64,000 bases of DNA from Candidatus Caldarchaeales archaeon (lineage in GTDB: Archaea; Thermoproteota; Nitrososphaeria_A; Caldarchaeales; Calditenuaceae), in NCBI GenBank assembly GCA_039630085.1, contig JBCNVM010000001.1, positions 202,037-266,036 on the forward strand, written 5' to 3'. Position 1 is the first letter of the stretch. Every line of letters starts with the position of its first letter. Positions 43,623-51,934 of this stretch are shown here, piece by piece. The notes beneath the pieces were generated by a model that ran no database searches, had not been told where the DNA came from, and was given only the letters and a program-made list of their open reading frames with translations. The position numbers and the translations under genes are program-made.

Positions 43623-44797
43623 TCCCGATCACCCGCGAGCAGGACCGCGGTCCCGGCGATCGCGCCGAACCCCGAGACCGAGATCGCGGCGCCGGCCCTC
43701 GCGCCGTCCACCTGCCTCTTCCCAGCCCTCCCCGTCAGCTGCAGGTAGACCTCCGCGACCTGGTAGAGCGCGGTGGCGCCTATCGGGTGTCCCCTCGCCT
43801 TGAGGCCCCCGAAGGCGTTGATCGGGAGCTCCCCGCCCATCGCGTACTTCCCCGACTTCAGGTCCTGGCCGCTCTCCGACCTCTTGGAGAACCCCCCGCT
43901 CTCGAGTATCAGGGGCGCCATTATCGAGAAGGAGTCGTGGAGCTCAAGGACGTCCAAGTCCCCCCTCGAGATCCCGCTCCGGAGGAGGGCCTCGTCGACC
44001 GAGAGCGCGACCGAGGTCATGAAGAGGGGGTCCTCCCTGTCGAAGGGCGAGACGTAGTCGGTCCTGAGGCTTATCCCGCCTATCCTGACCGCTTCGCCGG
44101 AAGCCCGCTTCCTCTCCGAGTCCCCCGACGCGAGGACCACCGCGGCCGCGCCGTCTCCGGGCGCGAAGCACTCGAGCCTCCTCAGCGGCGGCGCGACCTC
44201 CGGCGACCCGAGGACGTCCTCTAGCCTCACCTTGAACGGGAACTGCGCGTGCCCGACTCCCTCAGCGTTGCTGTGCATCAGGACCGGGAACTGGGCGACG
44301 AACTCCTGCGGCATCTCGTACCTCTCGAGGTAGGTCCTGTAGAGCAAGGCCGCGACCGGTGCCGGCGTGACTCCCGCGTACCCCATCGTCTCGTAGGGCA
44401 GCGTCATAGAGTGGACGGAGTTGAACTCGTCGGGGAGCATGTCGGAGAGCTTCTCGCCGCCGACCACCAGCGCGAAGTCCGAGAGGCCCGAGGCGACGGC
44501 CGCGTAGGCCTCCGCCAGCGCCATCAGCCCCGAGGCCTCCCCTCCCTCGACCCTGACGCCGTAGACGCTCCTGAGCCCGAGCGCCTCTGCGACTAGGGCC
44601 GAGATCCCGGCCTGGTTGGAGGTCACCTCGCAGAAGGAGCACGCGACGTAGACGCCGTCTACCCTCTCGACCCCCGCGTCCTCGATCGCAGCTAGAGAGG
44701 CCTCCGCCATCAGGTCCGTCAGCGACCTGTCCCAGTGCTCGCCCACCTTCGTGTAACCGACGCCGACGACCTGGACGCTCCTCATCCCTTCAGGCAC
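43619..44797 (-). CDS. Acetyl-CoA acetyltransferase (thiolase)
   Basis: 392 aa thiolase fold. Active-site Cys context VACSFCEVTS, and C-terminal GHPIGATA with ISVSGFGA. Confidence 0.85.
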   Translation of the reverse strand: MPEGMRSVQVVGVGYTKVGEHWDRSLTDLMAEASLAAIEDAGVERVDGVYVACSFCEVTSNQAGISALVAEALGLRSVYGVRVEGGEASGLMALAEAYAAVASGLSDFALVVGGEKLSDMLPDEFNSVHSMTLPYETMGYAGVTPAPVAALLYRTYLERYEMPQEFVAQFPVLMHSNAEGVGHAQFPFKVRLEDVLGSPEVAPPLRRLECFAPGDGAAAVVLASGDSERKRASGEAVRIGGISLRTDYVSPFDREDPLFMTSVALSVDEALLRSGISRGDLDVLELHDSFSIMAPLILESGGFSKRSESGQDLKSGKYAMGGELPINAFGGLKARGHPIGATALYQVAEVYLQLTGRAGKRQVDGARAGAAISVSGFGAIAGTAVLLAGDRE

Positions 44798-45839
44798 CGC
44801 GTATCTTGTCCCTGTGCCGGAGATATGTCGCGTAGTCGACGTATTTCGCCCTGTTGATCAGAGTCTCGAGCAGCGGAGCCCTCGGCCTCCTCTCGAGCAG
44901 GCCGTCCTTGGTCTCGATGAGGAAGGAGTCGCTGCCCGCTCCGGAACCGAAGGACGTGAGGACGATCCGCTGGCCCGGCCTGGCCGCGTCGAGGACCTTC
45001 ACCAGCCCCATCATGGAGCTCGCGGCGTAGGTGTTCCCTATCAGGTGCGTCACCACCCCGGGCTCGACCTTCTCCTTCGGGATTCCGAGGACCTTCGCCG
45101 CCGCGAACGGGAACTTGTAGTTAGGCTGGTGGAAGACGAAGTAGTCGACGTCGGAGACCTTCAGCCCCGCCTCCTCCAGAAGCCCCTTCACCGCGGAGAG
45201 GGTGTGGTGGAAGTAGGCCGGCTCGCCGGTGAACCTGAAGGTGTGGGATGGGTAGCGCTCGTGGGCCCTCCTCCAGAAGTCGGGCGTGTCGGTGACGTAG
45301 CTCCTGGCGTGCTCTATCGTCGCGACCTCGCCGTTGCCCTGCCTGCCGACGACGAAGGCGGCCGCGCCCGCGGCGGCGGTGAACTCCAGCGCGTCGCCGG
45401 GCCTGCCCTGAGCCGTGTCGGCCCCGATCGCGAGGCCTGCCCTGATGATCCCCGCTGAGACCAGGCCCGAGATCATCTGGAGGGCCTCCGTCCCGGCCTT
45501 GCAGGCGAACTCGAGGTCGGCGGCGAGGTGGTTGGGCGGGATGCCCAGGGCCTCGGCCACGACGGTCCCCGAGGGTTTCACCGCGTAGGGGTGGGACTCG
45601 GAGCCCACGTTGACGGCCCCTATCTCCGACGGGTCGATGCCCGCCCTCCTCATCGCGTACCTCGCGGCCTCGATCGCCATCGTGATCGCGTCCTCGTCGA
45701 GCTCGTTGACCGACTTCTCCCTCACCGGGAGCGCGTCCTCCTCCCTTCCCCAGACCCTCGCGATCTCCGTCGCCCTTATCCTGAGCCTCGGGACGTAACC
45801 TCCGTAGCCTAGGATCGCGACGTCCCTTATCCGGGCCAA
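44790..45839 (-). CDS. Hydroxymethylglutaryl-CoA synthase
   Basis: 349 aa. EFACKAGTEAL catalytic Cys context, HQPN and GNTYAAS motifs. TTG start in the track. Confidence 0.85.
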   Translation of the reverse strand: MARIRDVAILGYGGYVPRLRIRATEIARVWGREEDALPVREKSVNELDEDAITMAIEAARYAMRRAGIDPSEIGAVNVGSESHPYAVKPSGTVVAEALGIPPNHLAADLEFACKAGTEALQMISGLVSAGIIRAGLAIGADTAQGRPGDALEFTAAAGAAAFVVGRQGNGEVATIEHARSYVTDTPDFWRRAHERYPSHTFRFTGEPAYFHHTLSAVKGLLEEAGLKVSDVDYFVFHQPNYKFPFAAAKVLGIPKEKVEPGVVTHLIGNTYAASSMMGLVKVLDAARPGQRIVLTSFGSGAGSDSFLIETKDGLLERRPRAPLLETLINRAKYVDYATYLRHRDKIRGA

Positions 45840-45863
45840 CTCCCCAGAGAGCTCTCAGCTCGG

Positions 45864-45920
45864 GATAAAAACCTGCCTAAATCGATGTTAGGCAATCGAT
45901 TATCTGCCCGAGCTAAATAA
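45864..45920. promoter_or_regulatory. Divergent promoter region: TATA-like GATAAAAA (45864-45871, serves HMGCS operon), two AATCGAT palindromic boxes (45880-45886, 45894-45900), TATA-like CTAAATAA (45913-45920, serves lrp)
   Basis: Each A/T box lies 25-32 nt from its start codon. The two ATCGAT palindromes are 14 nt apart, between the boxes. Confidence 0.45.
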
Positions 45921-45940
45921 CGGTAAATTGGTGGGCCCGC

Positions 45941-46390
45941 GTGACGGCGCTGGACGAGAGGGACGTCAGGATCCTCGAGGCGCTGAGGAGGGACGCGAGG
46001 AAGACGTTCACCGAGCTGGCCGGCGAGCTGAACCTCCCCAGGACGACGGTCCAGGAGAGGGTCAGGCGGCTTATCGAGGAGGGCTACATCAGGTCCTTCA
46101 CCGCGATACCGGACTACTCGAAGATCGGGAGCGGGACGACCGCGTTCGTCCTGGTCTCCTTCGCGCCGACGATGGACATCTCCCAGCGGGAGCTCGCGGC
46201 CCAGCTGGCCAGGTTCCCTGAGGTCTTCGAGGTCCACCTCGTCAGCGGCCAGTGGGACATGATCCTGAAGGTGAGGGGCTCCTCGGTCGAGGACGTCGGC
46301 AAGCTGGTCATAGACAGGCTCAGGCCGATGAAGAACGTTGCCAAGACCGAGACCTGCTTCGTCTTCGAGACGGTGAAGGAGCAGCCCTGA
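45941..46390 (+). CDS. Lrp/AsnC family transcriptional regulator
   Basis: HTH LDERDVRILEALRRDARKTFTELAGELNLPRTTVQERVRRLIEEGYI plus a C-terminal RAM/ACT-like domain. Confidence 0.85.
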   Translation: MTALDERDVRILEALRRDARKTFTELAGELNLPRTTVQERVRRLIEEGYIRSFTAIPDYSKIGSGTTAFVLVSFAPTMDISQRELAAQLARFPEVFEVHLVSGQWDMILKVRGSSVEDVGKLVIDRLRPMKNVAKTETCFVFETVKEQP

Positions 46391-46484
46391 AGGCCGGTCC
46401 GGATCCGACCTCCGGGATCCCCGTCGCCCGGTCTTTCAACACGCTTAAATAACGTCGAGGAGCAGCTCCGCCAGGCGGTTCGTC

Positions 46485-47318
46485 ATGCTTGTGACCGGTA
46501 CCGACGTGAGGGACGCGCTGGTCAGGCTGATAAGGGTCGGTTCGCTGATAGCGGTCCTGGGCGCGGTCCACGTCCTAACCCTCCTCCTCGACTGGGTCTC
46601 CCTTCTCTACGACAACGTGATGGTCACGGGCGTCCAGGGCTACGACCTGACCACGAGCTTCCTCCTCTCGATGACGGCCGCGGCCCTCGCGGGGGCCTCC
46701 GGGGTCCTGGCCTCGGTCTCCACCAACGTCAGGGTCCTCAGGTTCGCGGTCCCGGCCTTCGCGCTCGGCGGCGCGGCCCTCGCGATCCTCTCACCGCTCT
46801 ACTCGGTCCTCTACGTCCTCCCCTCGCTCCAGGTCGAGTTCAGGACCGAGGTGGGGGCGATCGCGGCGCTCTTCACTGGGGTCGCGATGGCCGGGGGCGG
46901 CGCGATATCCACGATGATCGGCCTGGTGGCCCTACGTCCCGAGAGCCAGCCCTCCGCCTACCAGCCCTACGCCCCGGTGGAGTTTGAGGCCGCAGAGGTC
47001 GGAGCGGCCTCGACGCCGGTCGCGCCGTCCGAGGAGGAGGTCTTCGAAGAGCTCCTGAGGGGCGAGCCCGAGGAGGCCTATACCGGCTTCGGGGCGCAGG
47101 CGCAGCAGGAGGCCCAGCAGGTCTTCACCCCTCCCTCGAGGTCTCCGGCTCCTCAGCAGCAGGCGTCTAGGAGGGTCTGCGTGATGTGCGGCGACGTCGT
47201 GCAGCCTTCGTCGCTGAGGACCTGCCCGGGGTGCGGCGAGCCGATGCACAGGGAGTGCGTCGAGACCTGGAGGGACATAGGGGGCAGGTGCCCGAACTGC
47301 GGGACCCAGCTCTCCTGA
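46485..47318 (+). CDS. Polytopic membrane protein with C-terminal C4HC3 (PHD/RING-like) zinc finger
   Basis: About 5 TM segments, an acidic/Gln-rich linker, then C-x2-C-x11-C-x2-C-x4-H-x2-C-x10-C-x2-C (CVMCG...CPGCGEPMHRECVETW...CPNCG). Confidence 0.6.
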   Translation: MLVTGTDVRDALVRLIRVGSLIAVLGAVHVLTLLLDWVSLLYDNVMVTGVQGYDLTTSFLLSMTAAALAGASGVLASVSTNVRVLRFAVPAFALGGAALAILSPLYSVLYVLPSLQVEFRTEVGAIAALFTGVAMAGGGAISTMIGLVALRPESQPSAYQPYAPVEFEAAEVGAASTPVAPSEEEVFEELLRGEPEEAYTGFGAQAQQEAQQVFTPPSRSPAPQQQASRRVCVMCGDVVQPSSLRTCPGCGEPMHRECVETWRDIGGRCPNCGTQLS

Positions 47319-47356
47319 TGGGTTTTTCTATGACGGCCTGACGCTCGGGATCGGCG

Positions 47357-48829
47357 ATGTCCGGCAGGGTCTACGACGAGCTGATCGACCTCTCCCTCAG
47401 GAGGGGCTTCTTCTTCCCTTCCTGCGAGATCTACGACGACGCCCCCGCTGGCTTCTGGGACTACGGCCCGCTAGGGCTGGGGCTGAGGAACAGGTTCGTC
47501 GAGGCCTGGAGGCGGTACGTCGTGAGGTACGACGGCATGGTCGAGCTCGACGGCTCGGTGATCATGGCGAAGAGGGTCTTCGTCGCCTCGGGGCATCTGG
47601 CCTCCTTCGCGGACCCGGTCACCAGGTGCAGGTCCTGCGGCGCGATTTACAGGGCCGACAGGCTGGTCCAGGAGGCGACCGGGAGGATAGTCCCGGAGAG
47701 GCTCAGGGACGAGGAGATCTACGCGCTCATCCTCGAGCACGGGATCAGGTGCCAGAGGTGCGGCGGCGAGTTGGGGGGAGTCGAGAGGTTCAACATGATG
47801 TTCAGGGTCAGCGTCGGAGGCGAGGGCGAGGAGGCCTACCTCAGGCCCGAGACCTGCCAGTCGCTCTTCGTCGACTTCCTCAGGGCCTACAAGACGGGCT
47901 GGTCGAAGCTCCCGCTTCCCCTCTGCCAGTTCGGGAAGAGCTTCAGGAACGAGATCGCGCCCAGACAGAGCCTCTTGAGGCTCAGGGAGTTCTACCAGGC
48001 CGAGGTCGAGGTCTTCTTCGACCCCGAGGACGAGGTCGATCCGGTGAGGTGGAGGAGGCTGAAGGACCACGTCCTGAGGTTCGGGGACGAGCGCGGGAAC
48101 TTCACCGAGGTCACCGCCGAGGAGGCCCTGAACGGTGGGATCGTCTCCCACTGGCTCCCCGCCTACTACCTGGCCCTGATCCAGAGGTTCTACGAGCTCC
48201 TGGGCGTCGAGAGGTCGAGGATACGGCTCAGGAGGCTCGGCGAGGACGAGAAGGCCTTCTACGCGAGGGAGGCCTGGGACCTCGAGGTCCTGACCTCGCT
48301 CGGGTGGATCGAGCTGGTCGCTTGCAACTACAGGGGCGACTACGACCTCTCCGGCCACGCGAGGGTGAGCGGGAAGGACCTCACGGTCCTGAACCGGAAC
48401 AGGAAGGTCCTGCCGCACGTCTTCGAGCTCTCGATGGGCGTCGACAGGAGCGTCTACGTCCTGATGGAGCTCGGGTACGCGAAGGAGCCCAAGAGGAGGG
48501 TCCTGAGGGTGCCCAAGTTCCTCGCGCCGGTCCAGGTCGCGGTCCTACCTCTGGTCGAGAGGGACGGCCTCCCCGAGAGGGCATGGGAGATCTACGAGGG
48601 CCTCAGGGTCGAGTTCGACGCGGTATACGAGCCGAAGGACGCGATCGGGAAGAGGTACCACATGCTCGACGAGATCGGCGTCCCCTACTGCGTCACGGTC
48701 GACTACCAGACCCTCAAGGACGACACGGTCACGGTCAGGGACAGGGACACGACTCAGCAGGTGAGGGTCCACGTCTCGGAGCTGAGGGAGTGGCTGAACA
48801 GGGCGCTGGCTTACCCGCGGGCCGATTGA
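47357..48829 (+). CDS. glyS: Glycine--tRNA ligase (archaeal/eukaryotic dimeric type)
   Basis: RRGFFFPSCEIYDDAPAGFWDYGPLG N-terminus, class II motifs (FRNEIAPR), and an anticodon-binding C-terminus. Confidence 0.85.
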   Translation: MSGRVYDELIDLSLRRGFFFPSCEIYDDAPAGFWDYGPLGLGLRNRFVEAWRRYVVRYDGMVELDGSVIMAKRVFVASGHLASFADPVTRCRSCGAIYRADRLVQEATGRIVPERLRDEEIYALILEHGIRCQRCGGELGGVERFNMMFRVSVGGEGEEAYLRPETCQSLFVDFLRAYKTGWSKLPLPLCQFGKSFRNEIAPRQSLLRLREFYQAEVEVFFDPEDEVDPVRWRRLKDHVLRFGDERGNFTEVTAEEALNGGIVSHWLPAYYLALIQRFYELLGVERSRIRLRRLGEDEKAFYAREAWDLEVLTSLGWIELVACNYRGDYDLSGHARVSGKDLTVLNRNRKVLPHVFELSMGVDRSVYVLMELGYAKEPKRRVLRVPKFLAPVQVAVLPLVERDGLPERAWEIYEGLRVEFDAVYEPKDAIGKRYHMLDEIGVPYCVTVDYQTLKDDTVTVRDRDTTQQVRVHVSELREWLNRALAYPRAD

Positions 48830-48898
48830 GGGCCGCGGCGTTCGCCGGGAACACCTATAGGAACGGGGATCGCCCTGCAGGTCGCTGAGGGTGATAGG

Positions 48899-49372
48899 GT
48901 GAAGCAGAGGGTGAGGCTCACCTGCGCGCTGGTCGACAGGCCCGGGACGCTCCTGAAGGTCCTCGAGCAGATAGCCCTCGCGGGCGGCAACATCATCTCG
49001 ATCGTCCACAACAGGGAGAGCATAGCCTCGGGGTACGTCCCCGTCAGCATCAACGTCGAGTTCCCCGACGCCCAGAGCCTCGAGAGGGCCAGGAGGGGAA
49101 TAGAGGGGGTCGGAGTCCCCGTGATGGGCGCCGAGAGCCTCGAGAGGCGGATGGTGACCGCGATCGTGGTCGGAGGCGTGAGGCTCGACTCCCTCCTCTC
49201 CGAGCTCGAGTCAAGGGGTTACAGGGTCATCGAGTCCTCCGCCAGGGGGTTCGGCGAAGGCCTGACCGTGAGGCTGCTCCTGGAGGTCCCGACGGGGAGG
49301 GTGAGGGAGCTGGAGGAGGACCTCGCGGCGATCGCGGAGAGGCACGGAGCCCTGGCCATCCCGGAGGTGTGA
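48899..49372 (+). CDS. ACT-domain protein
   Basis: VRLTCALVDRPGTLLKVLEQIALAGGNIISI is a beta-alpha-beta ACT start, with a second ACT-like half. Lies immediately upstream of homoserine dehydrogenase. Confidence 0.6.
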   Translation: MKQRVRLTCALVDRPGTLLKVLEQIALAGGNIISIVHNRESIASGYVPVSINVEFPDAQSLERARRGIEGVGVPVMGAESLERRMVTAIVVGGVRLDSLLSELESRGYRVIESSARGFGEGLTVRLLLEVPTGRVRELEEDLAAIAERHGALAIPEV

Positions 49373-49376
49373 GGCG

Positions 49377-50369
49377 CTGGAGCTGAGGGTCTTCGTCAAC
49401 GGCTACGGGTTCTTGGGGAGGCTGCTCGCGAGGAGGCTGGTCGAGGGCAGGGTCCCGGGCGCGAGGCTCGTCGGGGTCGCGAGGTCGTCGGGCTACGTCT
49501 ACAGGGAGGAGGGCCTGACCCGGGAGGACGTCTCGGGGGAGATCAGGGACTCCGCGGCCTTCGTCGGTGGAAGCTCGGCCTCGCTGATCGGGGAGCGGGC
49601 CTTCGACGTCCTTGTGGAGCTGACGCCGACCAAGCTCCCCAGCGCGGAGCCGGGCCTCAGCAACATCAGGTCGGCCCTGAGGAACGGGATCGACGTTGTC
49701 ACGGCAAACAAGGCGCCCATCTCGCTCCACTACGCCGAGCTGTCCGAGCTCTCGAGGTCCACGGGCTCCCTCCTGCTCTTCGACGCGACCGTGGGAGGGG
49801 GGATACCGCTGATAACGCTCAGGAGGCTCTGCATGCGCGGCGACGACCTCCTCTCGATCAAGGGCATCCTGAACGGGACCACCAACTACGTCCTCAGCAG
49901 GATGCAGTTCGAGGGGCTGACCTTCGAGCTGGCGCTCAGGGAGGCCCAGAACCTCGGGATCGCGGAGAGGGACCCGTCGCTGGACGTCAACGGCTACGAC
50001 ACCGCCCTGAAGCTGCTGATCCTCGCGAACTCCCTGATGGGGCTGAACAGGGGCCTCGGCGACGTCAAGGTCGTCGGGATATCCAGGGTCACGCAGGAGG
50101 CGGTCGCGGCGGCGAGGGAGTCCAACATGTCGGTCAAGCTGATCGGGTCCGTCGACGGGGAGGGTAGGCTCTCGGTCGGACCGAGGCTCGTGAAGGCCAA
50201 CGACCCGCTCTGCGTCCACGGTACGCTGAACGCGGTCACGTTCAGGTTCAGGATCGCGGGGGACCTGACGCTGATCGGCCACGGAGCGGGCGAGCCCACC
50301 GTCGCGGCCCTCCTCAACGACCTCCACCAGGTGGTCGAGCACCGGCTCAGAGCGAGAGCCTCAGGGTGA
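49377..50369 (+). CDS. hom: Homoserine dehydrogenase (start codon unresolved)
   Basis: Rossmann N-terminus LRVFVNGYGFLGRLL (GxGxxG), then NKAP and GILNGTTNY catalytic-domain motifs. The first canonical start (TTG49413) would delete beta1 and the Gly loop. CTG49377 and CTG49383 are the only in-frame candidates. Confidence 0.75.
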   Translation: MELRVFVNGYGFLGRLLARRLVEGRVPGARLVGVARSSGYVYREEGLTREDVSGEIRDSAAFVGGSSASLIGERAFDVLVELTPTKLPSAEPGLSNIRSALRNGIDVVTANKAPISLHYAELSELSRSTGSLLLFDATVGGGIPLITLRRLCMRGDDLLSIKGILNGTTNYVLSRMQFEGLTFELALREAQNLGIAERDPSLDVNGYDTALKLLILANSLMGLNRGLGDVKVVGISRVTQEAVAAARESNMSVKLIGSVDGEGRLSVGPRLVKANDPLCVHGTLNAVTFRFRIAGDLTLIGHGAGEPTVAALLNDLHQVVEHRLRARASG

Positions 50370-51123
50370 CCAGCGCGGCGAAGGCCGCGGTCGAGGCCGC
50401 GAGGACCGCGAAGTCCCTCCGGGTCGGCCTCAGGACGTAGAAGCTGGTCCTCTCCCTGACCGCGCCGTAGCACTTCACCTCGAGGGCCTCGGCCATCTCG
50501 AAGGACCTCTTCAGCGCGTTGATCACGACGGGTACGAAGGCCCTCACGTAGTTCCTGAACCTCTTGACCGGGTTCCTGGTGCTGTAGTCGACGCCCCGCA
50601 GCCTCTGGGAGTCGATCACCTCCTGGATCTCCTCGAGGAAGAGCGGCGCGAACCTTATCGCGGCCGTCATCGCGAAGGCGTAGTCCTGGGGCATCCTGAG
50701 GGACCTAAGGGTTGCGGCCATGGCCTCCGGCGAGACCGTCAGGAGGAAGAAGGAGAAGGAGACGATCGCGGCGACGAACCTCATCAGCTGGGACGCGTTC
50801 AGCAGCGCGAACTCCAAGGTCAAGGGGTTGAGGCCCTGTGTGACGAACCCGAGCGCGTTGAGCAGCACAACGAAGGCCAGGAAGAAGGAGAGCGCCCTCA
50901 CCGTCCTCAGGAGCCTCCTCGCGGCGCCCATGGCCCGGAGCGTGAGCGCCACGACGGAGAGGACCGCCGCGGAGACCGGGATGCTGAGGAGGGGAGGCCT
51001 GTCGTAGATCAGTGTCGAGGCGAAGAGGTAGACCGCGATCAGGAGCTTCACCCTCGGGTCCAGCCTGATCAGGGCCGAGTCGACTTCCCTGTACCTCAGG
51101 AGGTCAGCGACGTTCACCGACAC
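50347..51123 (-). CDS. ecfT: ECF transporter transmembrane (T) component, EcfT/CbiQ family
   Basis: 258 aa polytopic protein. LDPRVKLL N-terminus and the coupling-helix Arg motif region IDSQRLRGVD. Overlaps the ecfA gene. Confidence 0.75.
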   Translation of the reverse strand: MSVNVADLLRYREVDSALIRLDPRVKLLIAVYLFASTLIYDRPPLLSIPVSAAVLSVVALTLRAMGAARRLLRTVRALSFFLAFVVLLNALGFVTQGLNPLTLEFALLNASQLMRFVAAIVSFSFFLLTVSPEAMAATLRSLRMPQDYAFAMTAAIRFAPLFLEEIQEVIDSQRLRGVDYSTRNPVKRFRNYVRAFVPVVINALKRSFEMAEALEVKCYGAVRERTSFYVLRPTRRDFAVLAASTAAFAALVTLRLSL

Positions 51124-51934
51124 GGGACTTGCACCTCAGGAGGCGCGCGACGCTTGAGACCAGCTCGTCGACCCTGTGCGTGGTCGGCACTCCAAGGTGG
51201 GCAAGACGCCTCGATATCACGACCGACTGGGGAGGGAGGAGGTTCGCGGACCTCAGGAGCTCCTCGTCGGAGAGGACGTCGGAGGCGGGGCCGGAGGCCA
51301 GCACCCTCCCCGAGCTCAGCACTGCGACGCAGGGGTCCAGCTCGGAGACGAACTCGACGTCGTGGGTCGCGACCACCACTCCCCTCCCTTCAGTCCTGAT
51401 CGACTCGATCGTCTCGGCGATCGCCTCCCTTCCGGCCTTGTCCTGGCCGAGCGTCGGCTCGTCGAGGAGGACGTACTTCGGGTCCCACGCGAGGACGACC
51501 GCGATCGCGAGCCTCTTCTTCTGGCCTCCGCTGAGGGAGAACGGCGACCTCTCCCTGAGGCCGCTGAGCCCGAACCTCTCGAGGAGGGACTCGACCCTGC
51601 GCTCCGCGTCACCAATCCCGAAGTTCCTGAGGGCGTAGTTCATCTCCTCCCAGACGCTCTCGAGGAAGAAGAGGCTGTCCGCTATCTGGGGGACGTAACC
51701 TACCATCCTCGAGACCTCCTTCGTGGGCATCGAGTGGACTTCCCTGCCGTCGAGGAGGACCTTTCCGCTCTTCGGCTTCAGGAGTCCCACGAGGACCTTC
51801 ATCAGCGTGGTCTTCCCGGCGCCGTTGCTCCCCATCAGGGCCAGCACCTCTCCTCCCTTCACCTGGACGTCGACACCGTCCAGGGCCACCTTCCCGCTGG
51901 GGTACTCGTAACGGACGCCCACGGCCTCCAGCAT
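51104..51934 (-). CDS. ecfA: ECF transporter ATPase component
   Basis: Walker A GSNGAGKTT, signature LSGGQKKRL, Walker B VLLDEPTLGQD. Confidence 0.85.
   Translation of the reverse strand: MLEAVGVRYEYPSGKVALDGVDVQVKGGEVLALMGSNGAGKTTLMKVLVGLLKPKSGKVLLDGREVHSMPTKEVSRMVGYVPQIADSLFFLESVWEEMNYALRNFGIGDAERRVESLLERFGLSGLRERSPFSLSGGQKKRLAIAVVLAWDPKYVLLDEPTLGQDKAGREAIAETIESIRTEGRGVVVATHDVEFVSELDPCVAVLSSGRVLASGPASDVLSDEELLRSANLLPPQSVVISRRLAHLGVPTTHRVDELVSSVARLLRCKSRVGERR

Noticed and set aside
46390-46484. Twin GGATCC sites and a hairpin-like sequence after the lrp gene, as a possible terminator or regulatory repeat
   Set aside because: Short GC-rich self-complementary runs are frequent at this base composition, and no oligo-T tract follows. 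The evidence is insufficient.
49227-50342. 371-aa minus-strand ORF antisense to hom
   Set aside because: Pro/Arg/Asp-rich shadow. The plus strand encodes homoserine dehydrogenase motifs.
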